Shown here: positions 1-7,934 of the stretch, one piece after another
Position numbering within the stretch: position 1 is the first letter of the stretch
Layout: each line of letters begins with the position of its first letter
Assembly: GCA_041288045.1 (NCBI GenBank)
Contig: JBGGMM010000066.1
Coordinates: forward strand, 1-15,409
Direction: 5' to 3'
From: Pseudobdellovibrionaceae bacterium
GTDB taxonomy: Bacteria > Bdellovibrionota > Bdellovibrionia > Bdellovibrionales > Bdellovibrionaceae
Length of the DNA stretch: 15,409 nt
Position numbers and translations under genes: made by a program
The notes under the pieces: model-generated
The model's database searches: none
What the model was told of the DNA's origin: nothing
The model's input: only the letters and a program-made list of their open reading frames with translations

Positions 1-2
1 GA

Positions 3-59
3 CTCCTCCATCGCAATCACTTATCAAACGAGATTTTAAAGACTCAAAAATACTGTCAA
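3..59 (-). promoter_or_regulatory. Putative sigma70 promoter and Shine-Dalgarno for a minus-strand gene starting just left of the window
   Basis: Minus strand: TTGACA (59-54), 15 nt, TAAAAT (38-33), then GGAGGAG (9-3). The spacer is shorter than the canonical 17 nt. Confidence 0.45.
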
Positions 60-503
60 ACAATTCAAAAAAATATTTTGAAGAGTAAACTCTGCGCATT
101 AAAATTCTTCAAACTCATCCCATAGACTTATTCGTGTGAAGAGCGGCGAGCAAAAAACAAAAGGACTGCGTTTTCAAGCAGCCATTTTTGATATCAGTCT
201 TTTTTAAATTCCAGGGATTTGAAACGTTAAAATTTTTCGACACCGACTGGAAGGGGAGAGCCTTGTGGAGAGCTTCAATTTTCAGTTCCATTGATAAATC
301 TGGCGACAAAGTCACTGAGCCATTTCATCGAACTTAAATTGGAGTGACCTCCATCTTCTGCAGATATTGCCGATATCTTCCGGTGTCAGATTTTTTTAGT
401 ATAAAATTTGCCTGGCTCAACTATGGACACTGACGATTTCTTCAAATGTAACGGTTTTAGAAAAGTCATCAGTTTAAAATAGCACCTTGATCGTGAGCGA
501 AGG

Positions 504-1706
504 TTAAATCACCACTTCACGCGGAAACCCAAACAGATTGTACTGGCTCGCCATCGCAGCTCCGTAAGCGCCAGAGTCAGCAATGCAGAGCCAGTCACCT
601 TCGTTCACTCCAACCAGATGGCGGTTCTTTCCAAGAAAATCCGAAGATTCGCACACCGGTCCCACAACATCGGCGACGAGGTCTTCGCCGGTGGACTTGT
701 TTTGCAGAGGCATGATTCGGTGTTCGGCTTCGTACAGGGCGGGGCGGATCAGATGGTTCATTCCTGAATTGCAGAGGATGAAATTTCTTTCTGAAGTTTT
801 TTTGATGTACTGGATTTGAGTGAGAAGGACTCCGCTTCTTGCGACCAGATAGCGGCCGGGTTCGAATTGGAGTTGGCCTTCGAAGTTTGCGAATTCTTCT
901 TTCAGGATTTGGCAGTAGCCTTCTAAAAATTCGAGATCTACAGCTGCGCTTTTCGAGTAATCAATACCGAGCCCCCCGCCGACGTCCAGCGTGGTGAGTG
1001 GGTAGCCTTGGGATTTTAGGTTTTGGTAGAGTTTTTTGGTTTTTTGGACCGCTTCTTTGAAAGCTGCGAAGTCGTGGAGTTGTGAGCCGATGTGGAAGCT
1101 GACGCCAATCAATGACAATTCTGGCGAGACATTGAGGATTTGCAGGCAATCTTTGATCAGGGCTTCTTCCATGCCGAATTTATTTTCGCGAAATCCCGTC
1201 GCAATGTAGGGGTGAGTTTTCGCGTCCACATCGGGATTGAATCTGAGGACCACGGGGATTTTTTTTCCTGTGGGGTTTTGGGCTGCTAACGCCGCAATTC
1301 TTTTTAATTCCGAGGGGCTTTCCACGTTGAATTGCCGAATCTGCGCTTTGAAGCACTGGCGGATTTCTTCTTTGCTTTTGGCGACGCCTGAGAAAATAAT
1401 TTGTGAGCCGGTGAAGCCGGCCTCGAGGGCGCGTTTTAGTTCGCCGCCGCTGACGATGTCGACACCGCAGTTTTGTGATTTGAAAAGTTTGAGGACTTCC
1501 AAATGCGAATTGGCTTTCATGGCGTAGTGAACTGTGAATCTTTGCGTGAGCACTTTGGCGATGGCCGATTGAAACAGAAAAAGCCGATCCATCAGGCCTT
1601 TTCGTGAATAGACGTATGTGCCCTCTTGCTCTTCTTTGACGAGGGATAAAAGACGCACACCATCGAGTTCCAATTCTTGATTTGAATTGTATTCGAGTTT
1701 TGACAC
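504..1706 (-). CDS. lysA: Diaminopimelate decarboxylase
   Basis: 400 aa. Fold-type III PLP decarboxylase motifs YAMKAN (PLP lysine), HIGSQ, DVGGG, EPGRYLV, GPVCESSD, GAYG, plus the LysA-typical THPYIATG...KFG. GTG start with AGGAG at 1723-1719. Confidence 0.95.
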   Translation of the reverse strand: MSKLEYNSNQELELDGVRLLSLVKEEQEGTYVYSRKGLMDRLFLFQSAIAKVLTQRFTVHYAMKANSHLEVLKLFKSQNCGVDIVSGGELKRALEAGFTGSQIIFSGVAKSKEEIRQCFKAQIRQFNVESPSELKRIAALAAQNPTGKKIPVVLRFNPDVDAKTHPYIATGFRENKFGMEEALIKDCLQILNVSPELSLIGVSFHIGSQLHDFAAFKEAVQKTKKLYQNLKSQGYPLTTLDVGGGLGIDYSKSAAVDLEFLEGYCQILKEEFANFEGQLQFEPGRYLVARSGVLLTQIQYIKKTSERNFILCNSGMNHLIRPALYEAEHRIMPLQNKSTGEDLVADVVGPVCESSDFLGKNRHLVGVNEGDWLCIADSGAYGAAMASQYNLFGFPREVVI

Positions 1707-1728
1707 GAGTTCGCTTTTCTCCTACATC
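1700..1728 (+). promoter_or_regulatory. Putative sigma70 promoter of mpaA-dapD, possibly giving a leaderless mRNA
   Basis: TTGACA (1700-1705), 17 nt, TACATC (1723-1728), 8 nt, ATG at 1737. No SD on the plus strand. The -10 box is imperfect. Confidence 0.5.
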
Positions 1729-1736
1729 TGATGGGC

Positions 1737-2414
1737 ATGAATCAAACTTTCGTCTTTGGCAAAAGTGCCCTGAATTTGCCGATCGCAGCCTACCGATTTT
1801 CCAATGGCGGTGCAACGCCTTCGGCAAAAGTTTTGATTCTCGGCGGAGTGCACGGAGACGAAATCGAAGGCGTGATCGCCGCCCACGGACTTTTAGAGTC
1901 TTTCCTCCAGAATTTTCCCTTCCGTTTGGATTTGGTTTTGGTCCCAGCTTTCAATATCGACGGAGTCCTTCACCGCACGCGCACCAATAGCCGGGGAGTG
2001 GATCTGAACCGCAACCTCCCCACCAAGGATTGGTCCCCGGTGATAAAGACCCCCAGGTACCACCCAGGCACTGCCGCCAACAGTGAGCCCGAAAACCAGG
2101 CACTTTCTCGTTTCATCGAAACAGAAAAGCCAAATTTTATTTTAAGCCTTCACTCCTGGCACCCGGTTTTAAATGTGAACGGCGATTGCCTGAAAGAAGC
2201 CGAAGTGCTTTCCAGATGGACCGGATACAAAATCGATTCCGACATCGGCTACCCAACCCCAGGCTGCCTGGGAACCTATGCTGGCATCGAAAGAAATTCC
2301 CCGACACTGACTTACGAAATCGAAAGGGGACTGGCGGCTGAACCGATTTTACGAATCCATGTTCCCGCCATTTTAGAAGCGCTCAAAGAAACCGAAAAGC
2401 GAGGTGGCCAATGA
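1737..2414 (+). CDS. mpaA: M14-family zinc carboxypeptidase, murein peptide amidase A (MpaA)-like
   Basis: HxxE zinc motif (GGVHGDE), RTNSRGVDLNRN, LSLHS, GYPTPG, terminal catalytic Glu (TYEI). About 225 aa, no signal peptide. Alternative ATG at 1731. Confidence 0.8.
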   Translation: MNQTFVFGKSALNLPIAAYRFSNGGATPSAKVLILGGVHGDEIEGVIAAHGLLESFLQNFPFRLDLVLVPAFNIDGVLHRTRTNSRGVDLNRNLPTKDWSPVIKTPRYHPGTAANSEPENQALSRFIETEKPNFILSLHSWHPVLNVNGDCLKEAEVLSRWTGYKIDSDIGYPTPGCLGTYAGIERNSPTLTYEIERGLAAEPILRIHVPAILEALKETEKRGGQ

Positions 2415-3235
2415 ATTCTCAATTGATCGATCAGCTCTACGCCGATTTGCAGAGCAAAAGAAAAATCGATGATCTCACCTCAGAAGAAATCGCCTCCGTT
2501 GAGCAAACCATCGCAGCCCTGGATCAGGGAACTTTACGGGTCTGCGAAAAAACCCCGGCCGGTTGGGAAACGCATCAGTGGGTGAAAAAAGCGATCTTGC
2601 TTTATTTCCGCATGAAGAAAATGCACCCAGTGCAAGCTGGCGATCTGGAATTCTACGACAAAATCCCTCTCAAATCCTGGTCCCCAGAAATGGGAGTGCG
2701 AGTGGTCCCTCACGCCATCGCTCGCTACGGATCCTTCTTGGAATCCGGCGTGATCTTGATGCCTTCTTTCGTCAATATCGGAGCCCATGTGGGATCTGGC
2801 ACCATGGTCGACACATGGGCCACAGTCGGAAGCTGCGCTCAAATTGGAAAAAACGTGCATCTCTCTGGCGGTGTCGGCATTGGCGGAGTTCTCGAACCAT
2901 TGCAGGCCAGTCCCGTCATCGTTGAAGACAATTGCTTCCTCGGCAGTCGCTCCATCGTCGTTGAAGGTGTGATTCTCGAAGAAGGAACTGTCCTCGGAGC
3001 TGGCGTGGTTCTCACTGGCAGCACAAAAATCATTGATGTCACGGGGTCTGAGCCTCGCATTTTGCAAGGCCGAGTGCCGGCCAATTCGGTGGTCATCCCA
3101 GGCACGCAAACAAAGAAATTTCCAGCTGGAGAATTCGGTGTTCCCTGCGCTTTGATCATTGGAAAAAGAAAACCCAGCACGGATTTAAAAACGTCTCTCA
3201 ACGATGCTTTGCGGGATTTTCAAGTCAGCGTTTAG
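2411..3235 (+). CDS. dapD: 2,3,4,5-tetrahydropyridine-2,6-dicarboxylate N-succinyltransferase
   Basis: 274 aa. WVKKAILLYF, DKIPLK, hexapeptide repeats and VDTWATVGSCAQIGKNVHLSGGVGIGGVLEPLQA. ATGA overlap with the mpaA stop and SD GAGGT at 2401. Confidence 0.95.
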   Translation: MNSQLIDQLYADLQSKRKIDDLTSEEIASVEQTIAALDQGTLRVCEKTPAGWETHQWVKKAILLYFRMKKMHPVQAGDLEFYDKIPLKSWSPEMGVRVVPHAIARYGSFLESGVILMPSFVNIGAHVGSGTMVDTWATVGSCAQIGKNVHLSGGVGIGGVLEPLQASPVIVEDNCFLGSRSIVVEGVILEEGTVLGAGVVLTGSTKIIDVTGSEPRILQGRVPANSVVIPGTQTKKFPAGEFGVPCALIIGKRKPSTDLKTSLNDALRDFQVSV

Positions 3236-4025
3236 GTTCGATATGCACGACTTCAAATTGATGAATTTCAAGTGGCTTAAGGATCTGCTCAGCTAAAGTT
3301 TGCGTGTGAACCGAAAGATCAGTCGCAAGAATATGCATTTCGCCTTTGTCTTTGCCAGTACGCGAAAGCTTTCCCGATTGAAAAATCAGTTCCAATTGCT
3401 CAGCAATCGCTTTGCCTGAATCCACTAGCTGGACCGAATTGCCAGCTGCTTTTTGAATTGCCGATTTCAAAAGCGGGTAATGAGTGCAACCCAAAATCAA
3501 AGTATCAATCTGATAAAGCAAAAGCGGCTGCACGTAGCGATAAGTGATCAAATTGGTGATTGGATCTTCCCAGAGACCCTCTTCGGCCAGTGGCACAAAC
3601 AGCGGACAGCTCTGCGAATAGACTTCAGCATTTTCTGAGAGTTTTTGAATGGCCAAGGAATAAGCTTGGCTGGCAATGGTGGCTCTGGTGCCAAGCACTC
3701 CGATTTTTTTGTTTTCACTGGTTTTAAAAGCTTGCTCGGCACCCGGTTCAATCACATTGAAAACAGGAATCCCCATCCACTCTTTTTCCGCCACTTGCGA
3801 AGAAGCGGTGTTGCAAGCAATGACGAGAGCGTCGACTTTTCGATCCACTAAGAAATTGAGAACTTGTTCTGAATAAGCGCGAATGGTGTCGGGAGATTTC
3901 GTTCCGTAAGGAAGCCTGGCAGTGTCGCCGAGATAAATGAAATCTTCGCCGGGAAAATGGCTCGCCAGTTCGCGAAGAACCGTCAATCCCCCCACGCCCG
4001 AATCAAACACTCCGATTTTTGCCAT
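3225..4025 (-). CDS. murI: Glutamate racemase
   Basis: FDSGVGGLTV, GDTARLPYG, ACNTAS and LGCTHYP (both catalytic Cys). Start moved to ATG 4025 (MAKIGVFDSG). The 3' end overlaps the dapD 3' end by 11 bp. Confidence 0.96.
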   Translation of the reverse strand: MAKIGVFDSGVGGLTVLRELASHFPGEDFIYLGDTARLPYGTKSPDTIRAYSEQVLNFLVDRKVDALVIACNTASSQVAEKEWMGIPVFNVIEPGAEQAFKTSENKKIGVLGTRATIASQAYSLAIQKLSENAEVYSQSCPLFVPLAEEGLWEDPITNLITYRYVQPLLLYQIDTLILGCTHYPLLKSAIQKAAGNSVQLVDSGKAIAEQLELIFQSGKLSRTGKDKGEMHILATDLSVHTQTLAEQILKPLEIHQFEVVHIEPKR

Positions 4026-4033
4026 GTCTTTTG

Positions 4034-4062
4034 ATGGTGAAGGGAAATGACGTTGAAGTAAA
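4034..4062 (-). promoter_or_regulatory. Putative murI promoter (leaderless)
   Basis: TTTACT (4062-4057), 17 nt, CACCAT (4039-4034), 8 nt, ATG at 4025. No SD. It lies just downstream of a strong terminator, so murI needs its own promoter here. Confidence 0.4.
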
Positions 4063-4067
4063 CCCAG

Positions 4068-4099
4068 AAAAAACAAAACCCGCTGTTTCAGCGGGTTTT
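4068..4099 (-). terminator. Rho-independent terminator, possibly bidirectional
   Basis: Perfect inverted repeat AAAACCCGCTG-TTT-CAGCGGGTTTT (4075-4099). The minus-strand tail reads UUUUGUUUUUU. Confidence 0.88.
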
Positions 4100-4238
4100 A
4101 TCGAAGTCTTTTCAGTTCAATTCACAAAGAACAACTTGGGAATCCATCGAAAGAAAGGCTCTCAAGCTAAAATCAGATTACCGGTTTCAAAGTGTGGGGT
4201 CAAAAATACCAAGGTCCAGTTTCTTACATCGAGAAATG
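4068..4238 (-). ncRNA. Candidate intergenic small RNA, or long 3' UTR of the guaB-like gene
   Basis: About 170 nt with no credible ORF, bounded by a promoter-like TTGACT-19-TAAAAT (4274-4244) and the strong terminator. No known family recognised. Confidence 0.3.
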
Positions 4239-4291
4239 CCTGTATTTTAAGCACTCACCAGTGCAATGAGTCAAAATCAGGGCCCAACTAG

Positions 4292-5338
4292 CTATCGGAC
4301 TCCATGGGCTCGGGACTCGCTGTATCCAGCCGAACTCATCTCAATGAGTCGGGCTTTGTCGCGAATTTCAGAAATGCTCGTTGCATTGATATAACTCATG
4401 CCGCTACGAATTCCTCCGGTGAGCTCCATAATCACGTCTTTGACGTGTCCTTTGACACTGACAAATGTCGACTCCCCCTCAGGAGCCATGCCTTCTGGCA
4501 GGCCTCCTCGCCAATTGACCTGGGCCGACCTCGAGGCCATTCCCCGGTATTGCTTGCGACCGTTTTGAATTTCACCGGGAGTTTCAATGGTTCCAGCCAG
4601 CATGGATCCAAGCATCACAGTGCTGGCTCCAGCTGCAAAAGCTTTGACGATATCACCAGAAGTTTTAATCCCACCATCGGCAATCACGGGGACTCCGTAA
4701 TCCTCGGCCACTTCCGCACAAAGAGCGATGGCCGTGAGCTGCGGAACTCCAGCTCCAGTGATGATTCGGGTGGTGCACATCGAACCTGGTCCAATACCCA
4801 CCTTGATGGCGTCAGCCCCAGCTTCGATCAATTCTTTCGCAGCCTCGGGCATGGCCATATTGCCGGCAATGATTTCAATTTCAGGTTGAGTGTCTTTGAG
4901 CCATTTCATCACATCGATCATGGCGGAGGAATGTCCGTGAGCGATATCGATGGTCATGACATTCACTCCGGCTTTGATCAATGCCAGAGCTCTTTCTTTG
5001 TAATCGCCATTCACGCCGATGCTGGCTGAGAGAATTTTGGCTCCGCTGCTTTTCACTTTTTGCACGAAAGCCACTTGCTCGTCGATTGTGACAAAACGGT
5101 GCAAGATTCCAACTCCACCTAGCGAGTTCATGCTGATGGCCATTTCCGCTTCGGTGACAGTGTCCATGTTGGCAGAAATGATGGGTGTTTCAAGGCTCAG
5201 TTTTTTGGTGAGTTTGGAGGAAAGGCTTGGATCTCGTCTGGAGCGGACTTCGGATTTGCTCGGAACAATCAAAACGTCGTCAAAGGTCAGGCCTCGGCCC
5301 CGAGTTTTAATGTCTTTCCATTGAAAGAGAAGATTCAT
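4292..5338 (-). CDS. IMP dehydrogenase / GMP reductase family protein lacking the CBS domain (possibly GMP reductase)
   Basis: 348 aa. [27 protein letters not shown], catalytic loop [39 protein letters not shown] upstream. Confidence 0.9.
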   Translation of the reverse strand: MNLLFQWKDIKTRGRGLTFDDVLIVPSKSEVRSRRDPSLSSKLTKKLSLETPIISANMDTVTEAEMAISMNSLGGVGILHRFVTIDEQVAFVQKVKSSGAKILSASIGVNGDYKERALALIKAGVNVMTIDIAHGHSSAMIDVMKWLKDTQPEIEIIAGNMAMPEAAKELIEAGADAIKVGIGPGSMCTTRIITGAGVPQLTAIALCAEVAEDYGVPVIADGGIKTSGDIVKAFAAGASTVMLGSMLAGTIETPGEIQNGRKQYRGMASRSAQVNWRGGLPEGMAPEGESTFVSVKGHVKDVIMELTGGIRSGMSYINATSISEIRDKARLIEMSSAGYSESRAHGVR

Positions 5339-6017
5339 GTTTCATCCTCCTAATAAACAATCGCCAAAGAATTTGAATAAAACAAAATTGCACCAGCATT
5401 TCAAGCAAACAAATGAAAAGCGCTGAGACAGGGGTTTTCCAGATCATTTTCCATTCATCAAAAACAGTGAAAACACCCGGGATGAAAATTGAAAAAAGAA
5501 AAAACAAAACCAAGAGCTTCAGAAGCTGCCCTTTGGCCAAAGCTCGAGACGTCTGCAAAGCATCCCGATCACCCACTTGGTAGATCGAATCAAAGCAAAC
5601 CACAAAGGGGACAAAGAGAAGCTGAAGAAAGCGGTAAAGACCAGGCAGGATCAAAAGAAAAGACCACAGCATAATCGATCCCCAAGAGCGCATCTGTTCA
5701 ATCAAGCTCTGCTCAAAAAATCTTTTTAGAAACCGCAATGGAGATTCTTGGGTCGATCCCGAAAGTGCCACCAAGCTGCTGGCCAATGGATACATCAAAC
5801 TGAGGAGCAAAGAAAAAGCACCATACAACCACACCAGAGGGCTTGTGCCTTGCGGGGCCATGAGCATGGATTCCATCTTCATTGTGATCCACTGATCAAG
5901 GCTGGTGCCAATCAAAGTAATGATAAAAAGAGGGAGGGCGACTTTGCGCAGAGCTTGCCAAAATTTCATCAGCAAATTGAAGTCCATAGCCGAGTGCTTG
6001 GCAATCTCTCTTGACAT
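5307..6017 (-). CDS. Hypothetical polytopic inner-membrane protein
   Basis: About 5 hydrophobic segments. The pattern 'LLILPGLY...LFVPFVV...ALQTSRAL.KG' resembles DUF975-like membrane proteins. The stop overlaps the next gene by 32 bp, so they are probably co-transcribed. Start uncertain (6017 or 5987). Confidence 0.7.
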   Translation of the reverse strand: MSREIAKHSAMDFNLLMKFWQALRKVALPLFIITLIGTSLDQWITMKMESMLMAPQGTSPLVWLYGAFSLLLSLMYPLASSLVALSGSTQESPLRFLKRFFEQSLIEQMRSWGSIMLWSFLLILPGLYRFLQLLFVPFVVCFDSIYQVGDRDALQTSRALAKGQLLKLLVLFFLFSIFIPGVFTVFDEWKMIWKTPVSALFICLLEMLVQFCFIQILWRLFIRRMKHESSLSMERH

Positions 6018-6038
6018 CTTTCTGCGTTGCTCTAAGGT
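6011..6038 (+). promoter_or_regulatory. Putative sigma70 promoter of the MipA/OmpV gene (leaderless)
   Basis: TTGACA (6011-6016), 16 nt, TAAGGT (6033-6038), 8 nt, GTG at 6047. No SD. Confidence 0.55.
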
Positions 6039-6046
6039 CAAAGACC

Positions 6047-6931
6047 GTGAAATTTCGAATCTGCTTGTTTGTTCTTTTTTTCAGCTTTGTATTTCTCAGT
6101 CAGGCCCAAGCTGAAAATTCACAGGAAAAATCTCTTTGGGAGTACGGGGTTGGCGCCGGCTTCGCTCGCATTTCAGATTATCCAGCTTCTGATGAATCCC
6201 GAGATTTTTTCTTTCCCTTTCCCACATTTCAATACCGAGGCGATATTCTAAGAGCTGATGACCGAGAAGGAGCTAGAGCCTATCTTTTGCGCTCAGCCAA
6301 GCACTCTATCGAAATTGGTGGCAGTGGATTTGTGGCTCTCAAGTCCGATGACAATGAAGCGCGAAAAGGCATGGAGGATCTGCCGTGGAATTTGCAGTTG
6401 GGTCCGCAGTGGGTGTATCGCCCCATGGATGATTTTGAATTCAAATGGGGGATTTACCGATCCATTCTGGCCAATGAGCGAATGACCCGGCTTGGTGGTT
6501 GGGTGTCTGAAATGCAGGGGATTTGGCATGTGGATCAGTGGTTGCAAAATTCGGGAGCTTTTGGGATTTCGACCATGCAAGGGCGCTTTTCGCTCACTCT
6601 CAAAGGTGGGGATCAGGATTTTCACGCCCTCTACTTTGATGTCAGTGAAAAGGACGTGACTCTGGCTCGTACCTTCTATGAATCCAGAGAGGGTTTTTTA
6701 TCCGCTACTTTTTCTTATTATCAGTCCGCCAGTTTTCGCAGATGGAGCATCTATACTGGAGTTGCCGATTCTCATTACCAGTATTCGGCCAATCGAGAAT
6801 CGCCACTGCACAAAGCCGATCGCAATTTTTCTTTTTTCGCTGGGGTGACTTACAGATTGAGTGAATCGGAAAGCAAATCTGTGCCAGTGGAGTCGCCTGG
6901 CGGGATTCTCAAGCGCTTTCAGCCCAATTAA
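6047..6931 (+). CDS. MipA/OmpV family outer-membrane beta-barrel protein
   Basis: GTG start gives the signal peptide MKFRICLFVLFFSFVFLSQAQA. Family-like N-terminus WEYGVGAG...DYPASDE...PFPTFQYRG, LYFDV, ANRESPL and last strand FFAGVTYRL. Confidence 0.8.
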   Translation: MKFRICLFVLFFSFVFLSQAQAENSQEKSLWEYGVGAGFARISDYPASDESRDFFFPFPTFQYRGDILRADDREGARAYLLRSAKHSIEIGGSGFVALKSDDNEARKGMEDLPWNLQLGPQWVYRPMDDFEFKWGIYRSILANERMTRLGGWVSEMQGIWHVDQWLQNSGAFGISTMQGRFSLTLKGGDQDFHALYFDVSEKDVTLARTFYESREGFLSATFSYYQSASFRRWSIYTGVADSHYQYSANRESPLHKADRNFSFFAGVTYRLSESESKSVPVESPGGILKRFQPN

Positions 6932-7926
6932 GATTTATCCGCCAAATGTTTTTTATTGATGATGTTTTTCAGCGCAAGGAAAGTTTGTTTGTTGAAGGGC
7001 TGACCCAAAATATCATCGATATAGGTCACAGCCTCATCAGGAGTGAAGCTTTTGCCTTCTGGTTTTTGATTGAAAAGAAGTTCTGAAAAAAGATCGGCAA
7101 GGCCGACGATTTTCCCCAGTGGGCTGATTTTGATGTCCCTTAATTTTTTTGGAAAACCAGTTCCTTGGGCATTTTCATGGTGTTCGGCGACGATGAAGAG
7201 CACGTCTTGAGGCACGTCTTTGATGTCTCTGAGCATTTCGACGCTTTTGAGAGGATGCTGTTCGTAGATTTGCACTTCATCCGGAGTGAGAAGATGTTTT
7301 GGTTTTTCCAAAATTTCTTTAGGAACGAATTTCAAGCCGACATCATGGAGAAGTGCTCCCATCGCAACTTTTTCCTGAGCCTGTGGCAAATTGACATTCA
7401 TTTCTTCGCAAAGAAGCATGGCGATCATACAGGTGGTCATCACGTGCTTGGCGTCATCATTGGGAAGAGATTTTAAAATATCCAAGATGTCGTTAAAGGC
7501 ATTTACCTGCTGGCTCATTTGAGTGACCAGCTGAGAGACTTTTTGGATTTTAGCCACAGATGAAAAGCCACTGGTTTTCAGCGAGCTCATGGCGTCATCG
7601 GTGAGGCTGGTGAGAAATCTCACTTTGACTGAATCAGGAATGGTTTTCTGCTCCAGCACTTTGCTGGTGATCAGAGTCACTTGTTGGATGAGCACAGCGT
7701 ATTCGAGCTTGTTGACGTAAACGCCAAATTCATCTTTTTTAAAAGCATGTAAATTGGAAAAAGCGGCTTTGTCGCCCTTTTTTCCAATCAATAAATAATT
7801 ATTTGGATTCATTTTGATGTAGATATTGGCAGGCAGGGTCATGCCTTCAAAGAAAAAATCTTTGGAGACTTCAATCACCTGATCATCTGAGGGGCTTTCT
7901 GTCGCCCTATTGCTTGCGCTTGACAT
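6928..7926 (-). CDS. HD-GYP domain protein (putative cyclic dinucleotide phosphodiesterase)
   Basis: ALLHDVG, HP, HHENAQGTGFP (GYP position reads GFP) and LADLF. Start set at ATG 7926, downstream of the sigma28-like promoter. Stop overlaps the MipA stop (TTAA). Confidence 0.88.
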   Translation of the reverse strand: MSSASNRATESPSDDQVIEVSKDFFFEGMTLPANIYIKMNPNNYLLIGKKGDKAAFSNLHAFKKDEFGVYVNKLEYAVLIQQVTLITSKVLEQKTIPDSVKVRFLTSLTDDAMSSLKTSGFSSVAKIQKVSQLVTQMSQQVNAFNDILDILKSLPNDDAKHVMTTCMIAMLLCEEMNVNLPQAQEKVAMGALLHDVGLKFVPKEILEKPKHLLTPDEVQIYEQHPLKSVEMLRDIKDVPQDVLFIVAEHHENAQGTGFPKKLRDIKISPLGKIVGLADLFSELLFNQKPEGKSFTPDEAVTYIDDILGQPFNKQTFLALKNIINKKHLADKS

Positions 7927-7934
7927 CACTTTAC

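Noticed and set aside
115..315. 66-aa minus-strand ORF, and protein-like fragments in another frame at ~280-475
   Set aside because: No SD or recognisable motif. Stop frequency in the other frame is about random, so a pseudogene cannot be supported.
4026..4076. N-terminal extension of murI in the ORF track
   Set aside because: It overlaps the terminator tail. Homology starts at MAKIGVFDSG.
4248..4276. CIRCE-like element (AAGCACTC...GAGT)
   Set aside because: Half-site spacing is 11 rather than 9, the second half is poor, and no chaperone gene is adjacent.
4019..4291. 90-aa plus-strand ORF
   Set aside because: It runs through a strong terminator hairpin, has no SD or motif, and its start overlaps the murI start.
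1180..5029. Long shadow ORFs (1180-1827, 2534-3109, 4304-5029; likewise 9802-10365 and 14060-14503)
   Set aside because: They are alternative-frame or antisense to well-supported genes, have atypical composition and show no motifs.
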